The notes under the pieces: model-generated
What the model was told of the DNA's origin: nothing
Databases searched by the model: none
What the model saw: the letters and a program-made list of their open reading frames with translations, nothing else
DNA from: Eledone cirrhosa
Taxonomy: Eukaryota
DNA length: 64,000 nucleotides
Reading direction: 5' to 3'
Assembly (NCBI GenBank): GCA_964016885.1
Contig: OZ024743.1
Coordinates: forward strand, 157,232,001-157,296,000
In this document: positions 13,333 through 26,404 of the stretch, in pieces
How positions within the stretch are numbered: the stretch's first letter is position 1
How the letters are laid out: the number at the start of each line of letters is the position of its first letter
Made by a program: the position numbers and the translations under genes

Positions 13333-13412
<80 letters not shown>

Positions 13413-13460
13413 GTTATAGAATACTATTAGCTTCTCGCTAAAACAATTTCTATACCTCTC

Positions 13461-13520
<60 letters not shown>

Positions 13521-13538
13521 ATGTGTGTGTGTGTGTGT

Positions 13539-13950
13539 GATCTGGGTTTTTCGAATATTAATAATAACATTCGATTCGTTTGCAATTATGCAAACAAGCC
13601 TCAATTGTATAGCCATGTCAGTAGAATGAACACTTCATTCTTGCTCTTGTGTTGGCATGCGAACAGAACTGCAGACTCTAATATTTCTGGGTATCACCCT
13701 TCATCAGTACAGATTACTGTTCACCTGCCAAACTGTCGGAGCTAGTGAAAATAAATGCTATTTCCAAATATACACAATGACTGATCGGCCTGATTTGCAT
13801 ATTAGCAGACTGGCTGATCAGTCAGATCCGCATATTAGCACATCCACTGATCAGCCAGATTTAACTGGAAGAATCGAAAATTATTATTAATATTCGAAAA
13901 ACTCAGATTATATTTATTTTATTCACCCATGTATAGCGAAATTTTCTTTT
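13539..13950 (-). mobile_element. Non-coding HHR-bearing element, family C, with short inverted arm at right
   Basis: Homologous to 39293-40305; ~13880-13950 is an inverted copy of the family's 3' end; microsatellite flanks. Confidence 0.75.
13669..13712 (-). ncRNA. Minimal hammerhead, family C
   Basis: Minus strand CTGTA-CTGATGA-A-GGGT gat ACCC-A-GAAA-TATTAGAG-TC-TGCAG. Confidence 0.7.
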
Positions 13951-14041
13951 ATACATATATATCCAGATGGCTTCCAAAAATAATGGTTGCATTTTAAAAG
14001 GGTACGTCAAAGCTTATTTATAAAACTGTTATATATTGTAT

Positions 14042-14100
14042 TTTGTCTGATGAAGGCATACCATAATTTAATTTGGTATCCCTGAAATATGTATAATGAA
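14042..14100 (+). ncRNA. Minimal hammerhead, family D (partial related sequence at ~22346-22423, minus strand)
   Basis: TTTGT-CTGATGA-AGGcATACCA...TGGTATcCCT-GAAA-TATGTA-TA-ATGAA; helix I contains G-U pairs. Confidence 0.6.
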
Positions 14101-14232
14101 ATAAATATGGTTTTATAAATATAGTTTCCATTTATTAATATCGTATATCTACTCCAAATACATGTCGAGTGCTTTATATCAGTTATAAAAAATATTTACT
14201 TGTTGTATCCCAACAATTTTAAATATAACTTT

Positions 14233-14291
<59 letters not shown>

Positions 14292-15495
14292 AATAGGATT
14301 TCGCTTCAAGCATAGCTTTATACAATATGTATAAATATTTTGTATCTCCAAAGAAATAAAGTTTTAGGAAGCCGTAGCTATGCAAACCCCGGTGGCCTAA
14401 CGCCCTCTGATGATGTCCATATATATATATATATATAATTGAAAAAGTGCAGAATAATATGGTCAACAGTACAACAAAGGGGATTTATTAGTTGTCTAAC
14501 AATTGTTTCACCGATAAAGTTGTCTAAAAATTGTTGAACATTAAAAACAGTACCACTAAATTTTAAATACGATGTTAGCTCGATCAGATCTTCGGAAACA
14601 GCTAAAAAAAATATATATGTAACCGTCAAATTTACAAATTCAAATTACATCCTCAATAATAATATTAATAATAAAGATATAACGGGGGAAGAAAGGGAGA
14701 TGGATACAGTAAAGAAAGAAAGGAAAGGAAGGAGAAAGACGAAGGAAAAAGAAAAAGAAAACGAGAAAGAAGAAAAAAAAGAAAAAGGAGAAATTATTAT
14801 AGAATAAAATATAAAGAGAAGATATATAGAAGATGATGGTAGACAGGAGAGAGACAAACATAAGTAGAAATAACGTTGGATAGAAAGAAGAATAGAGGGA
14901 AAAATATAGGTATAAACGTTAATACATGAATAAATGTAAATAAAAATATAAATAGATATATTAAAAATATATGAAAAAATATATAAAAAATTGATAAATA
15001 AATAAATAAATAAATTACATCTAATGTGATATAAAATGGTATAAAATGTGAAAAATGAACAATAAAAATAAATAAGTAAAAGAAGTATAAATGTGCGAAG
15101 AATATGTAAACATATTAAAATTATTAACAATTGTTTTTGAGAATTGTTAAAATATATGGAGAGATATTAAGGTGAAAATATGATAATGTTAAATATATTT
15201 ATGTGTGTATTGGTTATTTTAATAAATAAATTAATTAATTAGTTTTAAGTTATATTATATGATAAAATAAAATGACAGAGATGAAATAAATTTAGGGAGA
15301 GAAATATAAAGATAGGGTGAAAGATAGAGATATATAAAATAAGAATGTAAATGTTGATGTTGTTTTGATGTTGTTCTTTGATAGATGATGACAATTATAA
15401 TTATAATCATAATTATAATGATGATGAGGCTGATAATGTTATATCATAATAGATCCAACTGGTACAATCTGGGTTATGAAATAGATAAGATGGAA

Positions 15496-15909
15496 TTAAG
15501 CTGGTCTAAAGTTCTCAAATTTAGTCGCCGATTTATGTCGACAAAAAATAGTTCTTTCAATTTTACTGTTAAGATGAATTTTGTTGTAATTAAACATTTG
15601 GAAAAGTTCCATATTACAGAGACTGCAGTGGGACATAACTATTTGATAGGCCTTTCATTTGATAGCTTTGTCCAGCTGATTTTATATTCCATGTTGCCAT
15701 AATTAATTGGCGAGAGTCGTCGTATTTAAGAGATTCCTCTTAGTCATAGAGTGGCTATGTACGTCCCATCTTTTCTTAAAGTCCCCAGCTGTGGAACCAA
15801 TGTAATGCCATGCTAAGCTACCTGAATGTATAGTACATAGGTATACTATATTTGTCTCTAGGCATCTATTTTGTAAAGGGCATTTGTCAGGTAGATGGCA
15901 GTTACATTT
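15496..15909 (-). pseudogene. Degenerate PLE GIY-YIG endonuclease (not in ORF track)
   Basis: Manual translation KCNCHLPDKCPLQNRCLETNIVYLCTIHSGSLAWHYIGSTAGDFKKRWDVH..., with later stops. Confidence 0.8.
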
Positions 15910-17277
15910 AGATGCTTTTCTATGCGTCGGTTCTTCTATATGGTTTTGTAGGTATGGACTGAGAATTGGGTTTGGTGATGTATTATGGCGATGTGCTATG
16001 ATGTGTGTTTGGTTGTAATGATGTTATATGCTTATGTTTTGTATTTGGTGTTATGTTACTTATTTGCGGGCCACTTGTATTATAAATTCATTTATAGTTA
16101 ATTTTATGTATGTGCGATTCTCTGTTGTTGGCAGTGGAGTATGATAGTTTGATAGGTTTACTATTAAAGATTTTATGATATTTATGAATTTTAGACTACA
16201 AATAAATCCCCTTTTTTGTACTGTTGACCATGCTATTCTCCACTTTTTCAATTTTATTACTCCAAGATAAACTTACATAGGAATATAAGTGAAATCATAA
16301 ACTCGTCATCTACGTAAACCTCTAGTTGAGTCAAGCAACCTCGTCCGCTAAAGCTATCCATAATAAGAAGTATTCACAACCTCTAATTGGATTACCTATA
16401 ACGATATTTTGTTATCTCTATATCTCTCTATATATATAAAACGGAAGATGTCTGTCTGTGTGTGCGTATGATCTTTATGCATTTCCACATTTCTCTACCG
16501 ATTTTGATGATTTTTTTCCAATGTGCTCAAAATTTACAAGGATGGTCAACGCGTAATAAACTTTGCCAATCATTTCCTGCTTCTATGAAAAGAAATCGAT
16601 AAAACTACATACATGTTGCAACTCTATATATATCATACACACACACACATATACATATACATCTAAAGAGAGAAAGGAAGATGTCGAGAGAAAGAGTGAG
16701 ATAGGTCGTTATACAGAGAGAGGTACAAGATAATCAGATCGAGAGAGAGAAAGAGAGAGTGGCGACGAACGCTACTTCACACAAACACACACACACAAAC
16801 ACATATATATAAAGAGAGAGAGAGAGATCTTGGAGTTCTTTATTGTTCTCCATTCTGTAGAGGAAGGGAGAGAGAAGGAGTATGAGAAAAAAGGGAGAGG
16901 GGTTGAGAAGGAAAGAACGTTTAAGTAAAGAATCGCTGCTTTCAACATTAACGGGATCTTCTTAAACTAAAAAGTTCAATCTGTGAACGCAAAATTAAAT
17001 ATTTCGAGAACGTTGCAGCCTAAGGAAAAAAAGGAAGACGATATTTTGGTTCGTGAAGACGTTCTGTGGTAATGAATGGAAAAAAAGCGAGGATAATACG
17101 TCGTTATGTGGACCGGGAAGAACAATTTCATGCAAAGACGAGACCAAGTTTATGATATAAATAGAGTCGTTAGACTAATATTCGATTTTAAATAACCGAA
17201 TGATTTCCAGCGCCGGAGTTTAAGAATGATGAAAATAAAATTGTAAACGAAAATGACAGAGGTTATTAAAATAGGTT

Positions 17278-17385
17278 TTTCTATTTTTGGCACGAGGCCA
17301 GCACATCCCCAGTACATTACTGGTACTTTATTTTATCAACCCTGTAAGGATGAAAGCAAAGTTAAGCTCGACGGGATTTTAAGTT
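17278..17385 (-). mobile_element. Partial tRNA-derived SINE
   Basis: Matches the 3' and central part of the SINE at 47671-47847. Confidence 0.75.
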
Positions 17386-17630
17386 TGCCTTAAAATAGTA
17401 AAAGTAAATAGTGAAGATTTAGGCCAGTAATACGTATGCGCCGACGGACATACACATACATATACATACGCACACACAAACACACACACACGCGCGCGTG
17501 TGTAAACCTTATGCATTTCTACAGTATTTTCACAAAACTTGACACATGGGCTACGTTTGTTATACAGATGAATGTGAAAATAACATTAACACAGCTCCTT
17601 AGCAGCCGGAACAGCGCCGGGCTTTACTGC

Positions 17631-17815
17631 TATAGGCGATAAAGTTGTGCAGATAGACAGTCGTGCAGAGAGGTGTGATAGGCGATAAAATTGCGCAGAC
17701 AGACAGTCGGGTTGATAGACGATGGAGGCATGCAGACAGACAGTCGTGCAGAGAGGTGATATAGGCGATAAAGTTGTGTAGACAGACCGTCGTGCAAAGA
17801 GGTGACAGGCGATAA
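17631..17815. repeat. ~40-45 bp degenerate minisatellite (taggcgataaagttgtgcagatagacagtcgtgcagagaggtg)
   Basis: About four recognisable tandem units. Confidence 0.7.
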
Positions 17816-18270
17816 TATTGCATTTTATTTTTGTTTGTTGTTCATGTCCATCCAATTTCTTTGTTTCAAAATAACTGATAGTTTGGTTACGCTGATGCTT
17901 TTTTTTTCCTGAGACAAGTGTTTCAGTGTTTAGATTTTCTATTTTTGTTAATAGATAACCAGTGCAGTTTTTATCCCTGGCATCCTCTATTGTTTTAACA
18001 TTCGAGTTATGTTTATGTTTGCTTAACTTCATAAGGCATACTGTTGGTTGAGGGAATATTAATCAAAAGTACCACGTGAAAGTCTACACTGTAGACTCTA
18101 CAGGTTTTGACAGGAACTTAACATTGTAACTTTAACACGGCTACTGACCAGCCCCGAGCAACGCCTGGCTTTACTGCTAGTCTTTTATATATATATATAT
18201 ATATTGTGGTAAGGAACCAGATGGACCATAACGCACCAGAGTACACAATACTTAGGGTGGTAGAGTGGGA

Positions 18271-18392
18271 ATAGGAAAAACGTATGACCCCGACGGCAGA
18301 GCTCAAGCCGTTTCGACGGCTATTTCTGGACTAAGTAGTCCACAAATAGCCGTCGAAACGGCTTGAGCTCTGCCGTCGGGGTTATACGTTTT

Positions 18393-18397
<5 letters not shown>
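18271..18397. repeat. Near-perfect palindrome; each arm carries the 3' half of a hammerhead (family E)
   Basis: GAAA-CGGC ttgagctct GCCG-TC-GGGG at 18355-18381 and its mirror; lies between (TA)n tracts; related fragment at ~28168-28202. Confidence 0.65.
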
Positions 18398-18472
<75 letters not shown>

Positions 18473-19597
18473 ACATTTCCACTAAGATGAGAATTGTATT
18501 TAATATTTTCTGAAAGAAATATAACAGTTACTGAATATATGTATAAAGTACTGCTATATGGTAGCACCAATGGTGAGCGTCAGTGCTTGTTTTGTACAGT
18601 ACGATAAGGTCTTGAATGAAACCAAATTCTTAATACCTTCAGATTCCCTGCGGTGTTATTTTGATGATAAATATTTTAAAATAGCCCCTTTACATGATCC
18701 TTTTATTTGCAACAGATTTAGTTACCTCTCTGAATTTCATCCTTTATTTTACTCCATTCTCAATCTCTCTTTCCTCTCTATTTGTCTCTGTTTCTTTGTA
18801 TTTATCTGCATCAACCCTATCCATTCTCTACAGGATGCTTTTGTCTGCAGCACACGAACTTCAGATTGGTAGCTGTCAATATGGCTGCAGACGGAAGTCA
18901 GTTAGCTAATTCAATTGTGATTCTCGCAAAATCTTGATAGCTAATTGAATGACTAATCTAACCGTTGATTAAACCATAACAGTTTAGCTCAAGTCCTTGA
19001 AATAATGGATGAGATTAGATCGTAGTTAATCACACATGCTATAGATGGATAATAACCATACATTTCTCCACTTAATAAAGTAGTGAGAATTAGAAAATTT
19101 AGTAATGTAATTAGTAACAATATGATATCATAAGGAGAGGATATGTGAAGTGCATTAAATAACACATCCTGATTTAGAACGACACAGGAAGACATTGCAG
19201 TGAAGTGCATCCGAAATGGTCAGTGTCACTTCATTTACACCGATCTTAAGTGACATCTAATTAAAGAAACAATCCATGAAGATGTGTCTGATATAGTTGA
19301 TATAAGATTGTTCAAAAGTCACGATCCAGAGAAAGAGATTTTCAATGATTTATTGGAACGTTCGAAATTACAAAAAGTACTCAAACTACCGGACTTCAAC
19401 ATCTATGTATTTTGAATCATTTTTTTTATAACTATATTGATATCATCCCCTGTAACTATTATTGCCTGCTTCATTGCAACCATAGTTGTGTAGTTTCATG
19501 TAGACTACTGATTTTATATTAGATCATAACAAAAAGCTGATGTTTTTACAATGAGTTTAGCATCAAACTAGACCTTTCAATGAATGAGTATGTGTGT

Positions 19598-19634
<37 letters not shown>

Positions 19635-19679
19635 AGAGAGTGTGTGTGAGTGTGTGAGAGTGTATATGTGTGTATGTGA

Positions 19680-19730
<51 letters not shown>

Positions 19731-21329
19731 GAATATATGTAAAATGTGTATCTTATGGTAATTATATTTGCTGTTGGCTTAAAATGCTTTTTGCTATGTT
19801 TTTTTTATTTTTTCTGTTGCAGTTTCACCGAATAAATCATTATATATCCCTTGTAGAAAAGATTATTGATTACGTATTATATATTTTTCCAACCTGATAA
19901 TTGTTCTAAGTATTGTGAAAGAAAATAAGAGACTAACCATAATTGATATACAGCTATATTTCAATACATTTGTATTATATAATGCTAGGTTTCGTTGACT
20001 TTTCATGGTGTAAATTTAGATAACGATTGGGACGAACTCATCAGTTCTGATTTTGCACCCTATTTATGTTAGAAGACAAGGAAGCATGGAATACTTCAAA
20101 CTAAACCTGGTAGAAACTGAACAGGAAGTGTTGTCAGAAGAAGAAGAAGAAGAAGAAGAAGAAGAAGAAGAAGAAGAAGAAGAAGAAGATCAGCAATACT
20201 TCAAAATGAAATAATTTGATGAGTTAAGTAAACAATCCTGTTTATAGACGTAAGGAATTGAATAAAATTAGGGGTCTTTAAGAGTTACCGACTGTAAATT
20301 CACTTTCCTTTCTAACCTCTAGAATTTAAGCAAAATATCAAATGCTGCAAAACCGAATGCTTTTATTTTATTACTATAGATCATGATTAATTTATCTCAA
20401 ACTTTCGCACTTTCTGCACATGTTTAATCGGTAGCTAAACGTGTCATTGTTTTAAATACAAACTAGTGCCAATACGCTACCTTAAAGATAGCATTTTGTC
20501 AGTGATACGTGCCTATGTATTGAGAAAGGTTATTCAGTGATTGTCTTCACATGGAAATAATGAAGTACAAATAATGGAGTACATCATGGCGAGAAATTAG
20601 ATGATAGATGAAGGGTTGAAAATCACTGACGGAAAGGATTCCTAGTTGACTGAAATATATATTTGTTGTTTATGAACTGAGAAATAAAGCAGCAACAGGC
20701 TTGAAAACTATAGTTTCAAGGCCAATACTGAGCATATTTTAGGAGGTACGGAAAGTGATTGCTTCGTTTCAGATTCCAAGAACCAAATAGAAGATTCTTG
20801 GAATCCTTATCTGGTCATAACCATCACTGTATCAGACCACGTTGGGAGAGGAAGAGAAATAGTAGACAGCTGGACGTTATGAAAGGGGTAAAAAAGGCAA
20901 AATAGAAAAGGTAAGCAAAATATGTGAGGAGAAATCTATTAGCTAGCACGGCAAGCTGAAGTTTATGCTTTTTCACAAACGTGAGAAACTTTTACAATTA
21001 TTAAATAAACAGAAAAAATGCGTTGCTGTTGTCATGGATGCTAATATAATTTCATGTTCTTTCATTCGGCGTCTTATGGATATCTAACTTATTCCTATTT
21101 TTTGACACCTGTTGAAACTTGTTTACTTGGTAATATTATATGTGGTGTATTACATACCAACATCTAAACGACCCACTACCCACCACTCCAAATAGTGCTT
21201 ACGCAAAATTGTGAAATGAGCAAATACAATAAAATACATCACATCGAACGATATCATTATTAAATGTATTGCCATTTATATCTTCCTAATTACTATATCT
21301 TCAATATATATGTGTGTGTGTGTATAAAG

Positions 21330-21357
<28 letters not shown>

Positions 21358-21362
<5 letters not shown>

Positions 21363-21679
21363 AGTATGTATGTATACGTACATACATATATGTATACAGA
21401 CGTACAGTAGCATGCATATATATATATATATATATACATATATACATACAGGTACACATATATATATGTACGTATCAGTTTAGCGAACGTTTATTATAAC
21501 GCCCGCTTTGTCCGTTTGTTAACAAGCGAACAGCCTGATTTATGCCATACGGTGTTAAGGCAACCACGTCACCTTTTTGTTCAACACTGACACAGGAACG
21601 ATGTACTAGTTTCAAGCGGGCGTTATAATAAACGTTCGCTAAACTGATACGTACATATATATATATGTACCTGTATGTA

Positions 21680-21723
<44 letters not shown>

Positions 21724-22156
21724 TGCTACTGTACGTCTGTATACATATATGTATGTACGTATACATACATACTTACATTTAAGTAAGTGCCGTACTAAGA
21801 GTGAGAAATGAAATTTCGGTTCATTATATTACAACTTTTCGTTTTCGGTACGCCTGGCCGACTGAACTCACTCGATATGCAAATTAGGCTGCTCAGCCGT
21901 TAATTTTCATAAGGAAAGTATATATTTTCGAACGTTCAACTATCTGGCAGAAGGGTATACGGTGCTGATGATAGCTAACAAGCTTGAAACTAGCACATCG
22001 TTCCTGTGTCAGTGTTGAACAAAAAGGTGACGTGGTTGCCTTAACACCGTATGGCATAAATAAGGCTGTTCGCTTGTTTACAAACGGACAAAGCGGGCGT
22101 TATAATAAACGTTCGCTAAACTGATACGTACATATATATATGTGTACCTGTATGTA

Positions 22157-22191
<35 letters not shown>

Positions 22192-22308
22192 GCATGCTAC
22201 TGTACGTCTGTATACATATATGTATGTACGTATACATACATACTTACATTTAAGTAAGTGCCGTACTAAGAGTGAGAAATGAAATTTCGTTTCATTATAT
22301 TACAACTT
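21358..22308 (+). mobile_element. Non-coding HHR-bearing element, family F (~477-bp unit): inverted arm 21358-21617 plus ~1.45 tandem units
   Basis: 21616 repeats at 22093; left arm is the reverse complement of 21982-22249; AAGC microhomology at the junction; (TA)n flanks. Confidence 0.85.
21959..22001 (+). ncRNA. Minimal hammerhead, family F (this copy has GCA at the cleavage triplet)
   Basis: ACGGTG-CTGATGA-T-AGCT aaca AGCT-T-GAAA-CTAG-CA-CATCGT; the inverted arm retains CTAG-TA. Confidence 0.75.
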
Positions 22309-22319
22309 GTATATTTATG

Positions 22320-22350
<31 letters not shown>

Positions 22351-22684
22351 ATATTAAATAAATGGAAACTACATTTATAAGACCATATTTATTCTATTAT
22401 ATATATATTTCAAGGGTACCAATGCTAAACAATGTCACGTTTAGTAACCGATTAAACATGTGCAGAAAGTGCGGAAGTTTGAGATAAATTAATCATGATA
22501 CTTTGGTATGCTTTCATCAGTTAAAATACAAAGAGTGTTTTATAAATTTGGACATAGACAAGGAAATTATACCTTATCAGTTGAATTTTCTTTCGTAGTG
22601 AGATTAAAGGGCGGATATTTTAAACTTATGGATGAATATGCAAATGAATATGTAAATAAGGTTGAGTTATATGATTGAAAAACC

Positions 22685-25600
22685 GTGAAGACGGGACCTT
22701 TGGCACCACACAGTGACGTCCTGTTCGATGGTTGGTCTAGCTCCCAATGCCAAAGTTTGGTGCTAGTTCCTCCAGGATTTTCCACATGTAGATCACTGCG
22801 TATCTCTCCCGTCTTCGTTCCAAGGAGTAGAGGTTCAGTTCTTTTAGCCTCTCCCAGTAGCTTATCTCCTTCATCGTGGCAATCCTCTTGGTGTAGCTTC
22901 GATGGACTGCCTCAAGTTCCGTGGATAGTTTGACACTATGGGGACCACAACTGGGAGCAATAGTCCAGGTGGCTTAGGACAAATGTCCTCCATAGTGTCA
23001 ATATGGTGTCTCGGTCTCTAGTCCGGAAAGTCCTCAAGATCCGGCCAGCGAGTCGTCTGCACATTGCCGCCACTTTCATGATTCGTGAGGAAAAAGATGC
23101 ATCATCGCTCATGTCTATACCCAGGTCTCGTATCGATTTCGACACGGGGATATCGGTTCCTTCTGTTCCGGCGTAACTTTGTTGTACTGTATTTGTGTTT
23201 GCAGGTTTGTATTGTAGGGCTTGGAATTTTCCAGCATTAAACTGCATGTTGTTGTCTTCCACCCATTTGTATTTGGTATCCAGATCTTGTTGTAAAAGGC
23301 CAGCGTCAGCCAGGTTTTTGATTGGCTGTGCTACCTTAGTGTCATCAGCATAGCTAGTGAGAGATGTTGTTGTATGTTCTACAGAGGGCATGTCTGAGAG
23401 AGCCACTAAAACAGTAGTGGTCCCAGGACTATGCCTTGGGGCACCCCATTTTTTATGTTTCCTTTGAGAGTGCCCCGTTTGCTGCGGCTTTCTGGCTTCT
23501 GTCTTTAAGAAGTCATGCAGCCACTCACCTACTTTTCCAGTTATGCCGAGTCCATGTAGTTTGTGACATATCATTCCGTGGTCGACATTGGCAAAGGCCT
23601 TCGCAAAGTCAAGATATATCACGTCCACATGTGAGCTGTCTAGCAGTTGTTTCAGGAGCCAGTCGTAGTGATGTAGCAGCTGTGTAAGGCAGCTTCTTCC
23701 TGGGCGAAAGCCATGCTGCGTGCTAGTCAGGCGGTCATTTTCCTCAAGGAAAGTGATCAGTTTCTTTCTGATGATTCGCTCCATCACCTTACTGATATAT
23801 GACGTCAGGGGACTGGCCTATAGTTTTTGGCCTCCGCTCTGCTACCTCCTTTATGGATAGCGCATATTGTGCCTTCTTTCAGCTCCCTGGGTAGTCAAGA
23901 GCTCCCCGCTAGTCAAGAGCGTCTTTAGTGGAATTGCTAAGGCCCGCTTACATGTTTTTAAGAGGACTGCTGGGAATCCATCAGGTCCAGCAGCTGACTC
24001 TGTTCTAATTTCATCTATGGCGTATACCACATCCTCCTCCGTTATGTCTATGTGGTTTATGGTGGCCATTTCTTCATGGGGTGTTGTGGCATCAAAGAAC
24101 TCCTCTGGCTTTGTTATTTGCATGTGCCTCAGTGGACATGTAAACACACATTTGTACTGTCGTTCACTATTTCACTTATCTCTTGGGGATTCTCGGTTAA
24201 TGAACCGTCTGTATGGAAGAGTGGCCCAACCTTGTAGTGTATCGAGGCAGTTTGTATTGTAAATTTAAAGACGGCCTTAGGGTTTGTTTTAGTATTTTCT
24301 ATGGCCTTGCTTTCTTTCTTTGCCCTCTGATTTTCATGGGAAAGTTTGAGTGCAATCTCAGTGTCAAGTAGTGCACGTTTCAAATAGAATTCCATCTTGT
24401 TTTTGTTTTCTTGTTGTGCATTCAACTGGTTCGAGAGCTTGGTTCTTCGTATCATAAGGATTTTCCTATCTCTGGGAATAAGATTGTTGTGTCTGTTGGC
24501 CTCTTTTCCGGGACAAACCTTTGGCATATAGTGTGTATCGTTGTCATGAAGTGTTGAAATTGTGTGTTGGTGTCTTGTGTGGCAGTGTCTTCGCTCCATA
24601 TTTGCTTCCGGATTTCTCTCTTGATCTTTTTCCAGTTAGCCTTGTAGAAGTTAAGGCCGGATAACGTCCCGGTGCTTCTTGATGGTTGTGTCTCTGTTGA
24701 TCTCTCGGACCACATACCATTAGTTCTACTAAGTTACGATCCGAGAAAATTGTTGAGCACTTCGTTGTTTGTAAAACAGAGGTATAGGAAATTCTAGCCT
24801 CTTGTTTGGAGGAGTACTACTTGTTCCATAACCACCTGTGTGTGATGTCCAGCAGGGACTCCGTCTGTCTCTGTTCTATTGATGTCATTCCAGGGAGGAG
24901 GTGGCCCTCATGCCATTTGACCTTTGGCAGGTTGTAGTCTCCCCGCAGTAGAATGCTAAAACCCTGGTCCAGTTTGTCAAGGACCTCTTCCATCCTACTG
25001 AGGCTATCCTCAAATTTACCCTCATGACTGGGAGCATCGGACGGCCGATATGTGACACGTGCTACTGTCTTTAGTTGTTTCATATGTACTACCTATGTGT
25101 CACAAACTCAGTTTGAATGTGTCAACAGTACAATTGGTGTGATATCTTCACGGATATACAGAGCAACCCCACCATGAGTTCTCTCCTTCCTGTCCGAACG
25201 TAATACAGTATATTTTGGTATATGTATTTCCGCATCTTCTATACTGCTTGTCAGGTGCGTTTCGGTTAGTGCCATGTATAATATTTGATTGCTTATAGCT
25301 AGGTCTCCCAGGTTGGAAATTTTACTCATGTTAGTGAGTTTCACCAGGCCTCTGACATTCACCAGCAGCACTTGTGTGACTTTTGAGGTGCCAGCAATGG
25401 CTGTCGGTATGACACCTGGCATGGTGTCAGCAGCGGCTACTCTAGGTCCTTCAATTGTGGTGGTCTCTATTGCTGTTGTGAGTGACACTGGCTCTGAAAA
25501 CGATGCAGCCAGGTCAGCTGTCCCACAATCTTCTTTGCCATCACTAAAAAATGTTTTTGCTCTGCTGCTGCAATCTGTATCTCGTCGGCATATGCCTGCC

Positions 25601-26160
25601 TCCTCCTTGATGGAGCGGCACGCACGACATCAGCATACTTCTAGGGCAGGTTGTTTTGGTTTTAGTTTGGGGCATGCTGTGCGAGTAGGATGGGTATAGT
25701 TCGCTTGGGGCCGGGGGTGAGCGAATCTACAGCCTGTCCCTGACTCTCCATGCCAGCAGGTCCCGTTTCTGAAGAACTTGTACGTTACCTGGGTTTCCTT
25801 GCTCTCAGTGTCTCGGCGCTTTCTGTTCTTCCTTTGGACAGTTGTCCACTGGTCCCTCTCTGCTTGGTTTTCCTTCGGAAGGTGATTTCGCTTCTCACTT
25901 TTACCGTTCGCTTGTTGGTTGCCCGGCCTGCCCTTCCTGACTGTGGCGGCGGATATCTCATTTTCTTTCAGGTCCGTACTTGTGCTTTCTTCCTTTTCTT
26001 TTTCGTTTCTCTTCTCTTCCTCCCCGTTTTTCTCCTCCTTGAGGACAAGGCTTAGCATCGCTACATGTTGCGCTATGAGGACATAGGCCTTCTCGATTTC
26101 TTTTCTTTTTCTTTCTATCTGCGCCAGAGTCCTCAGAAAGCCATGGTTCTTCAGGATCTA
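22685..26160 (-). mobile_element. CR1-group LINE, frameshifted (ORF1 remnant, APE, RT)
   Basis: APE motifs LLVNVRGL, ALTETHL, RSDR..RTHGGVALYIR; RT motifs AAGPDG, QHGFRPGRSC, YLDFAKAF, YADD, LDYCSQLWSP; CCCH-like finger in the upstream ORF. Confidence 0.88.
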
Positions 26161-26404
26161 CGCAATCTTTTTGCTTGGTGGTGACCCATCAGACAGGCTC
26201 CATCCCTTGATCAAAACCGATAGTTCCATATTTGACCAGTTTCGCTGATAGGAGAGAGGAGTGAGAGAGATAGCGGGAAGAGTGGGGGAAAAGGTTAGAG
26301 AGAAATTCAAGGTGCGATTTAGAGGGGAAGAGGGAAAGAGAGAGCTTGTGTGATTTAGAGAGAGAGATATAGAGAGAAAGAAATGAGGAGAGAGAGAGAG
26401 AGAG

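Larger units (their letters stand above)
7506..13333 (+). mobile_element. Penelope-like element, Naiad-type: inverted 3' tail (7506-7593), 5'-truncated tandem copy (from 7596), full unit (~4142-bp period), short tail running into the ORF start; inserted in (TA)n
   Basis: 7596-9190 repeats at 11738-13333; 7506-7593 is the reverse complement of 13191-13278; RT + GIY-YIG ORF; (TA)n at both ends. Partial tandem pLTR architecture is characteristic of PLEs. Confidence 0.93.
16420..18182 (-). mobile_element. Non-autonomous Helitron/Helentron-like remnants
   Basis: Terminal motif (AC)TAGCAGTAAAGCCCGGCG at ~17605-17631 and ~18150-18181 (minus), similar motif at 27706 (+); opposite end with GTCT/GT microsatellite at 16430-16510. 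Confidence 0.5.

Noticed and set aside
14408-14420. CTGATGA followed by (TA)n; similar lone boxes near 51213 and 52353
   Set aside because: No matching helices or GAAA-NUH found.
20743-20910. Possible host exon (ttttag...AAG/gtaagc); another acceptor-like site near 19822
   Set aside because: No recognisable protein or partner exons; cannot be supported without RNA data.
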